Positions 26,624 to 40,085 of a DNA stretch of 64,000 bases are shown one piece after another. Source of the DNA: Epiperipatus broadwayi (taxonomy: Eukaryota > Animalia > Onychophora); the NCBI GenBank assembly GCA_028023455.1, contig JAQFVV010000003.1:4092001-4156000 (forward strand), read 5' to 3'. The translations under genes and the position numbers were made by a program. The notes under the pieces were generated by a model. The model worked only from the letters and a program-made list of their open reading frames with translations, was not told the DNA's origin and made no database searches. Each line of letters opens with the position of its first letter. Within the stretch, counting starts at the first letter, position 1.

Positions 26624-29600
26624 GTATGATTATTATTTTATATTATTGAATTTCAGAAATTTTATATACATATGCCGTGTGTGTGTAAAATTTACGGATT
26701 GTGTTTATAAAAATTGTATCATTTATAATAGACTAATATAGTGATATGTAGTTTTCGTTAATATTTCTAGATGCGCTAATACAAATAAACTGGAAATTGA
26801 AACTTCTAGTAAATAATTTTTATAAACAAATGTGACGTAAACACTTTATGCATAATATTTTTAAAAAAAAAATAAATCTTTTGGTAGATCTATAGAAATA
26901 TTTTTTTAGTCTAATTTCCAATCGAAATTTATCTCGATAGTTAACAAATTTGATCTCGTACATCTTAGTGTAAGGTTATTTTATGTTCTGAAATCCAGAT
27001 ATTTATGTTTAAATGATAGCAAACTACTGCTATTGTTGACCCAGGGTATTGTTGATTTGGGCCTTATATTTTTATCAATTTTTCGGTCAGAGAATTTAAT
27101 AATTTTCAAATTCATTATCAGTTAGTTAATTTCACATTACAAAATGTTTGGAGATTGCGAGCTGAACTCCATTTTTTTTGTTTTATATTTGTCTCTGCTT
27201 GAATGTATCGCAGGTTATTGTAGCAAGAAAATTTTAAAACCAATTCTAAAATAAATCATCTACAATTAATGTGATTACTGTTATATACGCCTGAGTAATA
27301 ATACTTTTTGGCTTCCATTAACTTTAGATTCTTCATTGGCTGATAGCTAAATCTGCCTCTACAGTATTCTATTAATTAATAGTATTTTTTTTTTACAACC
27401 AATTACCAATGTCAAGCGATGTCATATGTAAAGTTGCTTATTGAACTTGTCTTTAAGGGATATGGCTTAATGTTGGTTTTTAAAATTCGTTAGCAGATGT
27501 AAAAGTATATTCTAAAGAGAATACTATGAAATATTTAACGCTTGGTTTTAGATTATATAATTTTCAAACAAATATATTTTGTGATATCAAATGGCATATT
27601 AAAGAAAAATTTTGGTTCTAATAATGTATACTCAAAACTTCTGATTTAGAAATGAACAATACATAAGAGTTGAGATTAAGTTATAACAATTTTTCAATAA
27701 TTCCAAGTTAACAATTTTTTAATAATTCTAAGTTATAATTCGGTGTCAGGGATGCTAGTGGCATTGGAATTAAATCGACTTGTGGCATATATTGCTTAGC
27801 ATATTATTTAAAAAGAAAGAACCAATTGTAGACATGGACTGGTAAATACTGTAAATTGTAATTATTAAACTTTAAACCAATTAAGTTTGCTCAGACAAAT
27901 TTTTATAGTATATTGTCCAGTATTAATGAATAGTTTAGTACATACATTTCTAAAGGTTTGAATTCATTGTGTGGGCCCTTTGATTGTTTCTGGTTCTGGG
28001 TGCCTTCAGATATCTTTTAGAATAATTATAGTGAATATCATTGGTTTTTGTTATTGTTAAATAGTTGCACCTTAAACACATTTTAACTAATATTTCATAA
28101 GTTAAAAAGATGAAATGCACCTGCCTTGATTTTGATTATTGATTATCAAGCCTGTCTTATAGAGGATAAATTATAAATATTTTTATAATTTTTGGAATTG
28201 CTTTATTAGATATTTGATTCTTGGATTTGTTTTGGATAGATTAAGTACATATTAAAATAGATTCATTAATCATAAATTTTCGTTTACATAGCTAGTATAG
28301 TAAATAGTACCATTTGTAGTATTTTTATTTACAGTTATGCTTTTTTTCATTGTTGTGTGGCAGTAAAGTAGTATGGTAGTTGCTATCAAGGTTTTTATTT
28401 TCTGTTTGTTATTGTTTGCTCACAGTAGCCTATTGTAATCTCCTTTGAACTTATATATTTAAATGTTGGATATATTTGCTTATTGTTTATTTAAAATAAA
28501 TTGCCACATAAGCTATATAGATAGTACTTCAATTAATGTAAATACATTTGGTAAGAAATAACTTATCCAATACTAGATTTTGAATACTAGATGTTTTTTT
28601 GTCACAGATTATGTTCGTTCTTTAGTCTTAAAATATTGATAAATAGTTCAGTGTTTCTGTTATTCATAGTTTTGTCTTACAATTCTGAAAATAATCTTTA
28701 ACAATTTCCTTGAAATGTCCCATCACTGCAAAATTTTTATAATTCTGATAACTTTTTTTTCATTTTCTTCTAAATGTAATTTTAAAAAGTTTCCAATATT
28801 TATTTTTATCTTTTATTAGTCATCCAAAGTTTATGCATCATTATGTAAAATTATACAATTATCAAATGGCTTAACTGTTTTGGGAGTTGATAAATTCGAG
28901 CTTTGAAGTAACAGCTGAATACGATTCATGAACTTCAAAAATGTCAGCTACTCTACCATTGCATTAAACTACAGAGAGCATTAGACAAAATGTTTGACAT
29001 TTTTAAATGTAGGTTCAATATGTATAATCTCTTAATTAAAAATTGTCATTATCTGTTATTAAACTATTCATTATCACAAACTTGGTCCATAACTTGCTAT
29101 TAGGTGCCATCAAAGAAATTTTAATTTCTGATTATATGGATAGTAGCAACTTGTTTCTTAATATAATAAAACTAGTGTAGTACTATGGAGATAGCTATTT
29201 TTTTCTCTAGCTGTTGGAAGTAATTTTTATGCTGTTGGTGTGATTGATCAGCTGTTGATGTGTCTTGCTGCACAATATAGATAGTAATAAGAATTAATAA
29301 TATAGATAGATAGTAGTAAGAATTAATATATATATAAAACAACTGCATTATTTTCATCCCCAAATTCTTAACATAAAATCTTTTTAACTATTTTCACTTA
29401 TTGTTGCTGAGTAATCACAAAATATTTCTGCCTTAATTTGTCAAGAAGTTTTATATTTACTTGCAAGAGCTTTTGAAGTTAATTGGAAGCTGTTCCTGAG
29501 AATAGTTTTAGGTGACAGCTACTCTAAATTTAATTCAGTGTTTTGGCCTAAAAGAGGATATTTCTTTTCATATAGAAATTTTGAAACTTGATGAAGTGAA

Positions 29601-30242
29601 TGGTACTATTGATTTTTACTATTTACTTTTTATAAAGCACCTGAAGTGTTTAAATAATCTTTTTCATAACTGACTTATTTTATTGAATTATAAAAGGAAA
29701 GTTAAAATAAATAGTTGGAACTTAATTTTTTTAATAATTACATGAGGTAAATAAGTTTAGTAAGAAAATAGATGTTACCCAAGATTTTTTGGATCTAAAT
29801 TTTAATATTACAAATATTTTTCCGATAAACTATTGAAATAACAGTGCCTTGGCAGTAAACAAATGGTGTTTAGATTAATCAGTTTCTTTATGAATGGTGA
29901 ATTTATTATTTTAACAAGTATGTAACCATCACTGTTGCATGACATATGTATGTAAAATTTTAGACATGTATTCAAATCTAGATATTTGTATATATACTCC
30001 TCTTCTGTATCTTAGAAACAGTTTGTACCATTATTCTAATTCTTTTAATATCTTTATTCATTGAAATTGCTTAGTTCATTCTGTGGCAATTCCAGGTTGA
30101 CAAAACAAATATTAACCTCACTTTATCTTTCTAAATCTCTTATAATTTTTATAATTTTATCTAATGTCTTATGGATTTTTCATTCCAAACTGTTTTTCAC
30201 ATAAACTAAAATATCACATGATCATTTCATATGCTTACACAT

Positions 30243-30400
30243 GCTCCTCACTGATAAAAGCCACAAACTAGAAACTAGTCTGGAGATGTTGGATGAATAG
30301 GCACTAGATAAGGATTTTATGCACAAACCTTCCTGCATCCATTGATTACGAAGGCTTGCACTTGGTGGCAGTACTGCATTGAGAGTTTGATTTTCTTATT
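30243..30400 (+). mobile_element. Family U3 PLE-like repeat copy with decayed HHR (30245-30286)
   Basis: TCCTCA-CTGATAA-AAGCCACAAACTA-GAAA-CTAG-TC-TGGAGA. G8 is mutated and stem II is broken. Downstream sequence matches 7862-7984. Confidence 0.75.
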
Positions 30401-31639
30401 ACGTAGTTCATTTAAGGTAGCTAACTAGTCATATTTAGTATATAGAACATTTTTTTATACCATATATTTTTTATACTATTTTATCATTCTTTGATAATTA
30501 TCACGTGATATCGAAATAGTCAAGTATCTATATTTGATTTTACATTTAGTTGATGCTTTTAAACACTGCATGGAATTAGTGAAACCATATTGGAATAATT
30601 AATGGATAAATTTAAGTTTCACTTTACGGATTGTCAGAATAGATAAATTTTATAATAAAATAGAACAGAAAAATAAAATCTGTAAATGAAACATTTTTTC
30701 ACCTTACATTAAATACTTTTTTTTTAAAATTTATGTAAAATAAACCTAGCATTTTTCATTTATAGCATTAGAATGTATATTTTAATTTTGTACAAAGAAA
30801 TGTAAAAATAAACCTTGTAGCTATTGATATAGTTAGACTTCTACATTTAAAGATTTTATGGATTATAGTTGATGCTTTTAATAGTGAAATGACCATTATC
30901 TAGTATTTTTTTGGGACATTCATCTCAGTTCACTGCTGGTTATTTCTAGTATGCTTTCATTAGTTCTATATAATGATTAAAAATGTAAAACAATGTAAAT
31001 ATCCATACTCAATCAAGCTTTATTATTCCATTTTTTAAGTCTTGAGTTAACACCCCCCCCCCCTTTCCCAACCATAAATCTAGACAAGCTTTGTGTTTAT
31101 TTTCTCTGTTTATCAAGTTTCTACACTCATTTCTTTGAAATGGTTTCAATTTTTTAATGGCAAACTGTATATATAGCTAAAAAAAATTTTGCAGCTTAAG
31201 AAAAAATTAAGAAAGCCATGATTCTGGAGAATTTGTATTGTAAGTACAGAGAAAATTAAAAGTATATGTTTTTTAAACTATTTAATATGATTATAGCCCT
31301 ATTTTGAATAAGAAAAATTTCTGAACTTCAAATTGCAAAATGAAGTTATAGAGCAGAGCAATATCTCTTTCAAATGGATTTAAGTGAAATAATTGTCAGC
31401 TATATTCCTAGAATTTCCTGTTAAAAAATTGTGAACAATAATTTTTTATCTATAAAAATATTGAATGCTTTTTTTTTTTTTATATTTATACTTATGTTTT
31501 TTTTATTCCCATCTTTTTATTAAAAATCTCACATTAGCAAACATATTCGCATAGCAGATTTTCATATTAGAACATTTATAGCATTTTTCATTAATTACTC
31601 CCCCCTTTTAAAAAAACATATTTGCTCTTATTTAAATGT

Positions 31640-31890
31640 TTGAATCCTGCAACCCCAAGATAGGATGTTCCGAAGCCAATAATTGCAAAAGAAAAACCGA
31701 GGAGGCTTATTTTATTATCAGTGATAACAATGCCATAAATAGATGCGATACATGTTTTTCTATTTCGAGAAAATGGACAAATTAATTTGCATTCGCATAT
31801 TTTATTATTTTATAACATTACAGCAATGTTTATAACTTATTTTGGCCATGAATATGATGGAAAACCTCGAAAGTACTAGGCCTAAATTGA
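31640..31890 (+). mobile_element. Penelope-like element 3' remnant (GIY-YIG C-terminus + HHR)
   Basis: 31660-31785 translates IGCSEANNCKRKTEEAYFIISDNNAINRCDTCFSISRKWTN*, which aligns with ICSETNDTKRKVREAYYIVSDPSAINRREACFSLSRKWST* of the PLE at 48445-49080. Confidence 0.8.
31841..31886 (+). ncRNA. Variant-core (A3-U8) minimal hammerhead motif
   Basis: UUUGGCC-AUGAAUA-U-GAUGG AAAA CCUC-GAAA-GUAC-UA-GGCCUAAA. Stem I is GGCC/GGCC, stem II is GA(U)GG/CCUC, and stem III is the palindrome AGUACU. It lies 63 nt after the GIY-YIG stop. Confidence 0.65.
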
Positions 31891-32639
31891 TTTGATTTTT
31901 TTGGTTGCTACTTGCAGCTTCTTCTTCAGCAGGTAAATCGCTTTTATATGCTAATATGTCTGATTGTAATTATAATTTATGTCAACTTCAATATCTGCAC
32001 ATACATTATTTCATAGATAATCCGGAGTAGAATTTATTTGTCACTGAGCTTTCTTAAAAATTTTACAAATTAAATTACATAATTGTTTTATAAAAACTTC
32101 CATGATATTATTACATAGTGATTCTTTTAGTTAATCAGTTTTGTTTTTAATGTCATTGCATATAATTTTCATTTATATCATATATATTTTTTATTTGAAC
32201 AGTTTTTTTGAGGCTTTTGTCCATACTTAATTCTTTCAAAGTGGATCATGAGACATAATTTCACTATCTTTAATCACCAAATATAATATTTTGAGTTTTT
32301 GATTGGGATCTCAACCAAAGTTATTTATATAATCTTTATTTTTTGAATGAAATATATGTCATTAAGTGTTTGAAAATTGGCTCTAGTAATGATAAGAATC
32401 AAATATTCAAATATTTGTTGCAAGTTTGTCATTTATATGGACTTAAAATTCTTGATTGCAGTATGGGGAGGTTTTTTTTTTTTTTTGCTTTCTCTGCATA
32501 TCTCGCACAAATGCAAACAAACTTTTTTTTTTTTTACAATATTTAATAGAAAATATTAATAGTTATTCAAGGAACATGATACTGAAGTGATTTTTAGTTA
32601 AACTATGATATTAACAGCAGTATCTGCTATATTCTAGAG

Positions 32640-33001
32640 CAAGGGTTTCCAATCCTATGCCCGCGGGCACCATAGTGCCCACAGACCATTTTATGTGTGC
32701 CCGCCACTATCCGAACACGATAAAAAGTTATTTATCTGATACAAATAAATTTAATTTTTAAAATATCTTATAAATTATTGTATTATATTGTAATCAAATT
32801 GTAGGGCATACTATACTTTTACAGCATAAAAATATAAACGTTAATTATGTTAAAATTTTATTTTTGAAATATTTTTTTGTACATTATGTGTATTATTAAC
32901 AATATCCAACTATAAATTTACATTGAAAAAATAAATGGTGCCCGCCATCTGGCCGGTATTATAGAATGTGCTCTTAAATGCAAAAAGGTTGGGGACCCCT
33001 G
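32640..33001. mobile_element. hAT (Charlie-like) MITE
   Basis: Imperfect TIRs CAAGGGTTTCCAATCCT / AGGTTGGGGACCCCTG and 8-bp TSD TTCTAGAG at 32632-32639 and 33002-33009 (NTCTAGAN preference of Charlie-type hATs). Confidence 0.88.
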
Positions 33002-33585
33002 TTCTAGAGCCATGTGTAAACTAACATTACCTAATAAAGATTAATATTTGAAATTAGTCTGGAGATATGGTTGGCACTTCCTTTTGGGTCTATGTTAATC
33101 ATGTTTACATAATTGACTTTTGAAATGATAAGAGTGAATTATTACTCTTAATGCAGATATTAATTATGATGATTTGCTTTTACTATGATTTGTCAACCAC
33201 ATTTGAAAAATCTAAAAACTAGTATTTTATAAAATTTGAATTGAGAAAATGAATCGTATTAATTGAAAAATCTAAAAATCCCTTTTTTTTTTGGTAAATC
33301 TGAAAAAGTACTTGTGAAAAATAATGTGAATATATGTGGAAATTAAAAACTATTAAAGCTGATATGACTGATTTTCAACCTTTTTTTTTTTTGTGCGTAC
33401 TCTTTGGCAGCTCCATAATTTTTACTTTTCATATTAGATGTTTTTAATTAATACTAATTGCTGTTATTTTAAATGTTTATGCTTAGTTAAATAAGTAGTT
33501 CAATAATGGGATTAAAAACAAACTGCATATATTTTACATTCAAAATTCAAAAGTCAATGAATTCAAATAAATTGTTTATAGATTA

Positions 33586-34550
33586 TACCTGGGTCTCGTT
33601 TTATGCGGTAGATAGGTTCCACAGAAAACCCGCATTAAAAAAAAATCGCACAAAATTAGACTTAACTTATCTTGAAAAATGGGGGATAGGGTCTGTTATT
33701 TTCAGAATTCGCATAAAAGCAAAGCAACAAAGAAAATAGGGTCTGTAATTTTCAGAATTCGCATAAAAGCAAAGCAACAAAGAAATATTACTTTAAAATT
33801 CGCATTAAAAAAATAAGCAAGTAAAGTATGACTAATAAAAAATTTCAAATATTTGAAAAAAATTAATACAAGACAAACTTTTTTTACTTTTTTTTATTAA
33901 CAATATTTAATTTTACATTTTTCATACATATTTTAATCATTACCGCTAGCGTTCGTTTGTAAACTGGAAAGAAATCAGATTCGATGTGACGTATTATAGT
34001 TTCTCCTTAAACGAAGTCAAGAATCTCAGCAATTATGCTGAGAGAAACCTGTTTGCCACTTTATTTTTATTCGTGATCTGATGTACAACTAGATGCTTGT
34101 GTTAATGGTTTTCTGTTTCTATATTAAAAAAATGAGATCTAAATCAAAACAAAAAGATTATCATTAGAAAGATTATTTTCAGTTTATAAAATCTTTGTTT
34201 TTTAAATCTAAAAGATTATTTATTTCTGTTATATATAACAAAATATACGTTTTAAAAGTTTAATTTTTTTGAATATTTATTGTGATATTTTTATATGTAA
34301 GTATAAATCTATTATTATTATTTACTCATTAGTATAAATAGGTTATTTACATAGAAGCTAAAATTCTAAATACAGCTTCAGGCCCATATTTACGTTAGCT
34401 ACTAATATAAGGTTATATTTCAAGTTATTAATAATTTAAATTTCTTGATATCTAATAAATATAGTGAAATATGAAAGATATTAATAAGAAACATTAATTG
34501 CATAACTTCAAAATTGCATTAAAATAATTGCATAAAACGAGACCCAGGTG
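33586..34550. mobile_element. Tc1/mariner (pogo/Tigger-like) non-autonomous element
   Basis: TIRs (T/C)ACCTGGGTCTCGTTTTATGC at both ends, flanked by TA. Internal ~50-bp tandem duplication at ~33686-33785. No transposase ORF. Confidence 0.85.
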
Positions 34551-37460
34551 TATATGTAAAAAAAAAAAACCCACATTAATTGATATATATGCCTTTTACC
34601 TTCATTCAATTTTTTTTTTAACTTATCCTTAAATGTTCTTGGGAATATACATATTGCAAATTAAGTAATCTGATCTAAAACCAGTCATTTTTCATTACTA
34701 AAAATAAACCAAATAAATATATACAATATATCATTTTTATATTAAAAGCATTATAGTAATCTTGTTGCTTAAAATAAAAAAAAAGTATATTTTGATGTTT
34801 TTATGAAGAATTTTTTTTTTTTCAAAGTCAATTTGTCATGGTTTACTGTACTTGTGATTGATTTCAGTCATGAGACAAAGGCCTATAAGTTAAAGTGATA
34901 AAAATTGTTATATATATTTTATATCTATAATTTTTTTTTTACGCTAATAATAAATCATTCCTCATATTTGACAATTCAACTACTGCTAGAATTAATATTT
35001 ATAAGCTTTTGTTGAAATATATGTACATTTTGTATTTGAAAATTTTGCATTGTAAATAATATTTCTATGAAAATTTTTTGATCTCTTTAGGAAATTTTTA
35101 AGACTGAAAAAAATAATAATAATTTTTTTCAATTAGATCCCTTAAAGAAAAGATCTAATCTTGAAAATTTTAAAGCACTGTTTTACTCTTATGCTGTCAA
35201 GTTTGAAAATATTGAATAGATTTATTTAGGTATATTTAGTCTAAGGAACACTTAGAATTTAGAAAGAATACTGAAATAAAAGGTGCAATTGGAATGATGA
35301 CTATAGTTAAAAAAATTAAATTAAAAGAAGACAAAAATAGTAATGTTTCTTTTATCTTAAAAAAAAATGTTTATAGAGGATGTGGAGCTCAAAAATATGT
35401 AGTAAGTCGAAAGTTATTTGTAAGATTTAGTACATAAAAGAAACATATAAGGAGATTGTGTCTGGGATATTGGTTACCATGTTTGATCTATTATTTGCAT
35501 AATTTGCCAAACTAGTTCTTATAATATATTTATGTTTATGAATACTAAGAATTATTAATAAAATAGTTAAATAAGATTAATGAAATTTGTAAATTCGAAA
35601 GAAAATAAGTGTAAGTGTAAAATATGAAAATAAGATTGATTAATAGAATGTTAAGAGTGGTGGTTGGGCAGAAAATTGGTCAACTAAAGAATAAGAAATG
35701 CTTTGATTAAAAAACGCTTTTTTTATTTTGTGGCCTGTAAAAGTTGGAATTTAAAAAAGTGGTTAATGGTTTTTGGTTTTTTATGAGGAATAGACACTTG
35801 AATGATTAGAAAAGGGAAGAGTTGTAAATTTAGAAAATAATGGGAGAATAGTTTGGAATGATTAAAATTAATTTTAAAAAGATAAAGTAAAGAGAATTAT
35901 TTGCTGTCAAAATTATGAAATGGAATAGAAGAAAAATTATCTAGTCAGAAGTCTAAGGCATGATTGTTAGATTGATTTGTTAGGCAGGTTTTTTTTTTTT
36001 TGTCAAAAAAAATTACTAATTTTTCTTCAAACAGAAAAAATAAAAATTTTTTTTTTTCTGATAACTTTGAAACTTATAATCATTGTTGCTATCAGTATAT
36101 TTTTTTGAGTATATTTTAGAATTGAATACTTAATATTTTTTAATTTTTATGAACATGCTATGAAATTAACATTACACATATTTTTAATACAGCATTTTTT
36201 AAAGCAAAAAGATCAGGAAATTTTATGAGGAATTGTATCACTTAAATTTCAAGATTTGCACAACTTTTTAAATCTATTATTTTTATCTTTTAGGTAAAAG
36301 ATTGTTTAAGGATGAGCAGTCTAATATAATTCCAAAACAAAAAAATGAAGCAAAACTAATGAAAACTGAAGTTTTTTTTATATGAATAATATATTTTTAA
36401 GAATTGCTAAGTTTGATCAATGCAAGCATAATTTATAGTGCAAATAATATGTATTTCGAGTTTTAGGCATTTGTACTTCAATTCAAATTGTCAAAAAAAC
36501 AGTTATAAATATTTTAATATTAGCAATGTTATAGCTAATAATTTATTAAAAATTAACCTGCTTATTTTTTTTTTTTTGTAATGGTAAGTCTATTATAGAG
36601 AGTATAATAGTGCTATAATTAAAAATTAATTTGCTAAAATTGAATTTTTAAAATTGTCCTCGATCAGAGATAGTTATATTGAATTTTTCATATTTTTAAC
36701 GTTAGATTTAATATTACATATCTATTTTGATCTTAATATGTTTTCAAATTGTTTTCATGTTTTATATTTTTATATCAAGTAATCAGTAAATTTTGATATT
36801 ATAATTTACTATTAGTAGTCATTCCATTTTATTCAGATAAATATAATCTTCAAAATATTTGTCAACGTTCTTACAAATCGTATAACAAAGTACAAAACGT
36901 GTAAGAAGTAAATAGCTAGTTAGTATCTGTAACAGTGCAAAGAAACTACAATACTATATATATTTTGTCTCATAACTGGGAACATTCTGATGTTGGAGCT
37001 ATGTTGGCATTATTCAATATATGGATATGACGACATATTTAGAAGCACATAATTCTTTTTAAGAGTGGAAAAATAATCAAATTTTTTGCAAGTATACACG
37101 AATATTATAAGTAATATGCCATATACTGAATTAGTGTCATAATTTAGTACACAGAAATGTTTTGCATTCAATATGTAACACATGCTAAATGATATAGCTA
37201 AATTCCAAATAGTATAACTAAGAAATAAATATTTAGTCAGGAACTTTTGCTCCCCTCTCCCCCACCTTTGAATAGAATGACGCATTTTAAAATTAAATGA
37301 CACATAACCATGTGTTGAATGGGACTAATGCTCTTATCTCCATCATTGTTTTGAAATGGATCATTAGTAGTTACATGCATGTTTGTGATTTGATTATCTG
37401 AATTGTTATATATATTTGAGTTTACATCTATAGATATATTGCATATATGTGAATATGTAC

Positions 37461-39479
37461 TGTAACAATTTACCCCTATTCTGTGTACGTTTACGTTTTT
37501 AAAATTATAATTTAGCTGAATTCAAACCTTTACTTTTATCAAACCAAATTTTCTACAGTTATTCTTTCCGAGGGTGAATTTTTACAGTGACGCATATATA
37601 TTACTAACGGCACTTCCCATACGAAGTTTTCCCGAAAACAAATCGAGTCATTCACCCCTTACGCGAAGTTTTCCCGAACTTTGGGTCATTCAAAGGGGTA
37701 AGTGAAGCAACCGACAGCAAAACACATACACATCAGATAATGAAATCGAACCCTCCCAGCTTTAACTTAACTTTAACTAGACCTCTACGTTTATGGACAA
37801 CGAATGTATTTTTTTTTTGTTCGTTGCCAAGTTCCAAACTCGTTATTCAACAAGAATCGTAGGGTCCATTAAATATTTATTTGATTCAGCCTTTTAATTA
37901 GTTGCCCGTCTTAATGCTCAGGGTGTGGTAGCGCCATGCACCGGAGAAGAAACGAAAGGGAATGCAATTTCAAATCAATTCGTTCTATATCTTTCTATTT
38001 CTGCTATCCCATTAAAGTTTAAACTAAATCTTTTACAATCCTCATATACTTTGCTATCTAATCTGTCTCGCTATACGTTAAATTCACACCAGCACGCACG
38101 TGTGTAAGATTTTGGAACTCATAACTTCTATAATGTGTATCGCACTAAATCAATAATTTAGCTACAGATCTACTATTACTTATTTAAAAAACACAATCAA
38201 TAAATGGCACAAATATACATATAATAAATATTTTAATGAAATATTCAGGAGAAGACACTAAAAAAAATATTCAATAATACAGGTATAGTATGAAATATTC
38301 TTGCAATTAGGTTGGATTAACTTTAAAAATTGAAAATGGCATAATAAGTGTATATTTACCGGTATAGTATAATTTGAATAACTGGCGTATGTGTTTCCGA
38401 GTGCACTCGCAAAAAGATTCTGGGAATCCTACCTAGGCAAATATGGCGTCCATCGCTTCCACTTACATTTCATTCCTTTAGTCCCTCTAAAGTGGCGTAT
38501 TCAATCTTCTGCTCTTTATTCTTTCGGCTTAATTCCGGAATGGCATACGATCTTCACTGGATTCAAATAGCTTTAGTTATGTAGGGCAGTTGGATATGTT
38601 GATTGTAGAATATATTAATGTGGCATATTAAAATGGCTGGAGTCCGAACACCGACCAAGCACGATGGTGATTCTACCCCATGCGATCCATGAGGTCACTC
38701 ATATATGTAGTTTAGTTCGCACAATTTGCTTCTCCAACTTTCTTCTTTTCAGCTAATAAATTTTCTTCAACTAAAATGTAGAATATCTTACGCATAAGAC
38801 TAGCAGAGTTTAACTGTCCGTTTTTTCAAATTAATTAATCAATCCCAGTTGCCTCCCACCTGATCGCTGGTATTCCTTTGTTTCAAAAATAGATTTTCTT
38901 ATAAAAATATCAAACAAAAGGAAAACCACTTAGCGATCTTGACTTTTACTTCTCTCTCTTTTTCTTTTTAAATTCCTGAACTTTTAATTACAAATCCTTT
39001 TGTCAACTTTAACCACACAAAAGAGATCGAAAAATAGTTCAATAACTAATGGCATTCCATGTTCATTTTTCTTAATCAAAATTATTTCTGAAAAATCCAT
39101 TTAATTAAAACAAACACACACACAAAAAAAATATATCCATCCAAGCAGTTGGATTTTGCTTTCTTTCTTTTTCTTTCTTTTTATTGAACAATGGGATCCA
39201 TTTTGCCAATTCATTCAGGAAGTTTATACTCACAAAAGAAACTTTTCTTTTACCTGCTTTAAAGTCTTCTAAATTTCTACTTTCCTGTTCTCAACAATAT
39301 CTACCTACATATACGTATGCCACTCATAACATATACCCACACCCCTCGTTCCAGAAAATACACGTGCGTTTGGTATGTGCGACTTTTATAAATAATTATC
39401 TAATACTAATAAATAAAAATTATATACAACTACATTCTCGTTCCTTTTGTAACAGGGTTTGAACCCAGTTTCTGTTACA
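37461..39479. mobile_element. 2,019-bp insertion with TGTAACA..TGTTACA ends and 4-bp TSD (solo LTR-like or Ginger-like)
   Basis: GTAC at 37457-37460 and 39480-39483. CpG-richer than the flanks. Duplicated motif CGAAGTTTTCCCGAA..GTCATTCA near 37620 and 37665. Confidence 0.65.
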
Positions 39480-39902
39480 GTACATATTGCATATATCAGT
39501 TGTATGTACACATGGATTCATTCCCTACCATTTTATTTGTAATTTATATTGTATAATTATGCATTTTTCAAGTTTGGATTATTTTTTTTTTTACATTTTT
39601 AATTTAAATACTTCCCTATCTGTTGAGTGAGATTGATCTTTAATGACACATGAAAGAGCTCAAATTATAGAATGAAATATGTAGTGTTAAGGGTAGTTGT
39701 TAGGATGCTAATATGGTGTACACTCCAGCTTGAAGCTGCATAGTAATACTTTTCCATTGAGCAAAACAAAGTAATTGATAAAAAATAAAATGTCTGCATT
39801 TATTCTTGAAATTATTGCTGTAAGAATATACTAAATAAAATCAAGAAAATCATACATTTTGAAATAAAAATAATTTTATTTATCAAAACATCAATTATTC
39901 CC

Positions 39903-40085
39903 CCAAAACAGGCAAAACTCTCTATACGTATTGCCACTCAGTGCAAGCCAGAGTAATCAATGGATGCCAGAAGGCTTGTGCATAAAATCCCCATCTAGTG
40001 CCTACTTATCCAATATCCCCAGACTAGTTTCTGGCTTGTGGCCTTCATCAGTGAGGAGCCTTGGATCTGAGAGCACTGCACCTTT
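39903..40085 (-). mobile_element. Family U3 PLE-like repeat copy
   Basis: Highly similar to 7590-7752 and contains an HHR at 40016-40057. Confidence 0.8.
40016..40057 (-). ncRNA. Minimal type I hammerhead ribozyme motif (PLE type)
   Basis: Minus strand reads UCCUCA-CUGAUGA-A-GGC CACAA GCC-A-GAAA-CUAG-UC-UGGGGA. It differs from the 7687 copy only at the variable position 7. Confidence 0.75.

Noticed and set aside
26624-26649. C-terminal MIIILYY extension of the FAM120 ORF
   Set aside because: Read-through past the GT donor; homologs continue with GNH-like sequence.
31925-31940. CAGCAG|GTAAAT donor-like site, as a FAM120 exon or PLE intron donor
   Set aside because: The upstream sequence is PLE-derived and has no FAM120 similarity; a PLE intron cannot be supported from one site.
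33035-33067. CTAATAA...GAAATTAGTCTGGAGA resembling a decayed U3 HHR
   Set aside because: Too degenerate, with no stem II and little flanking homology.
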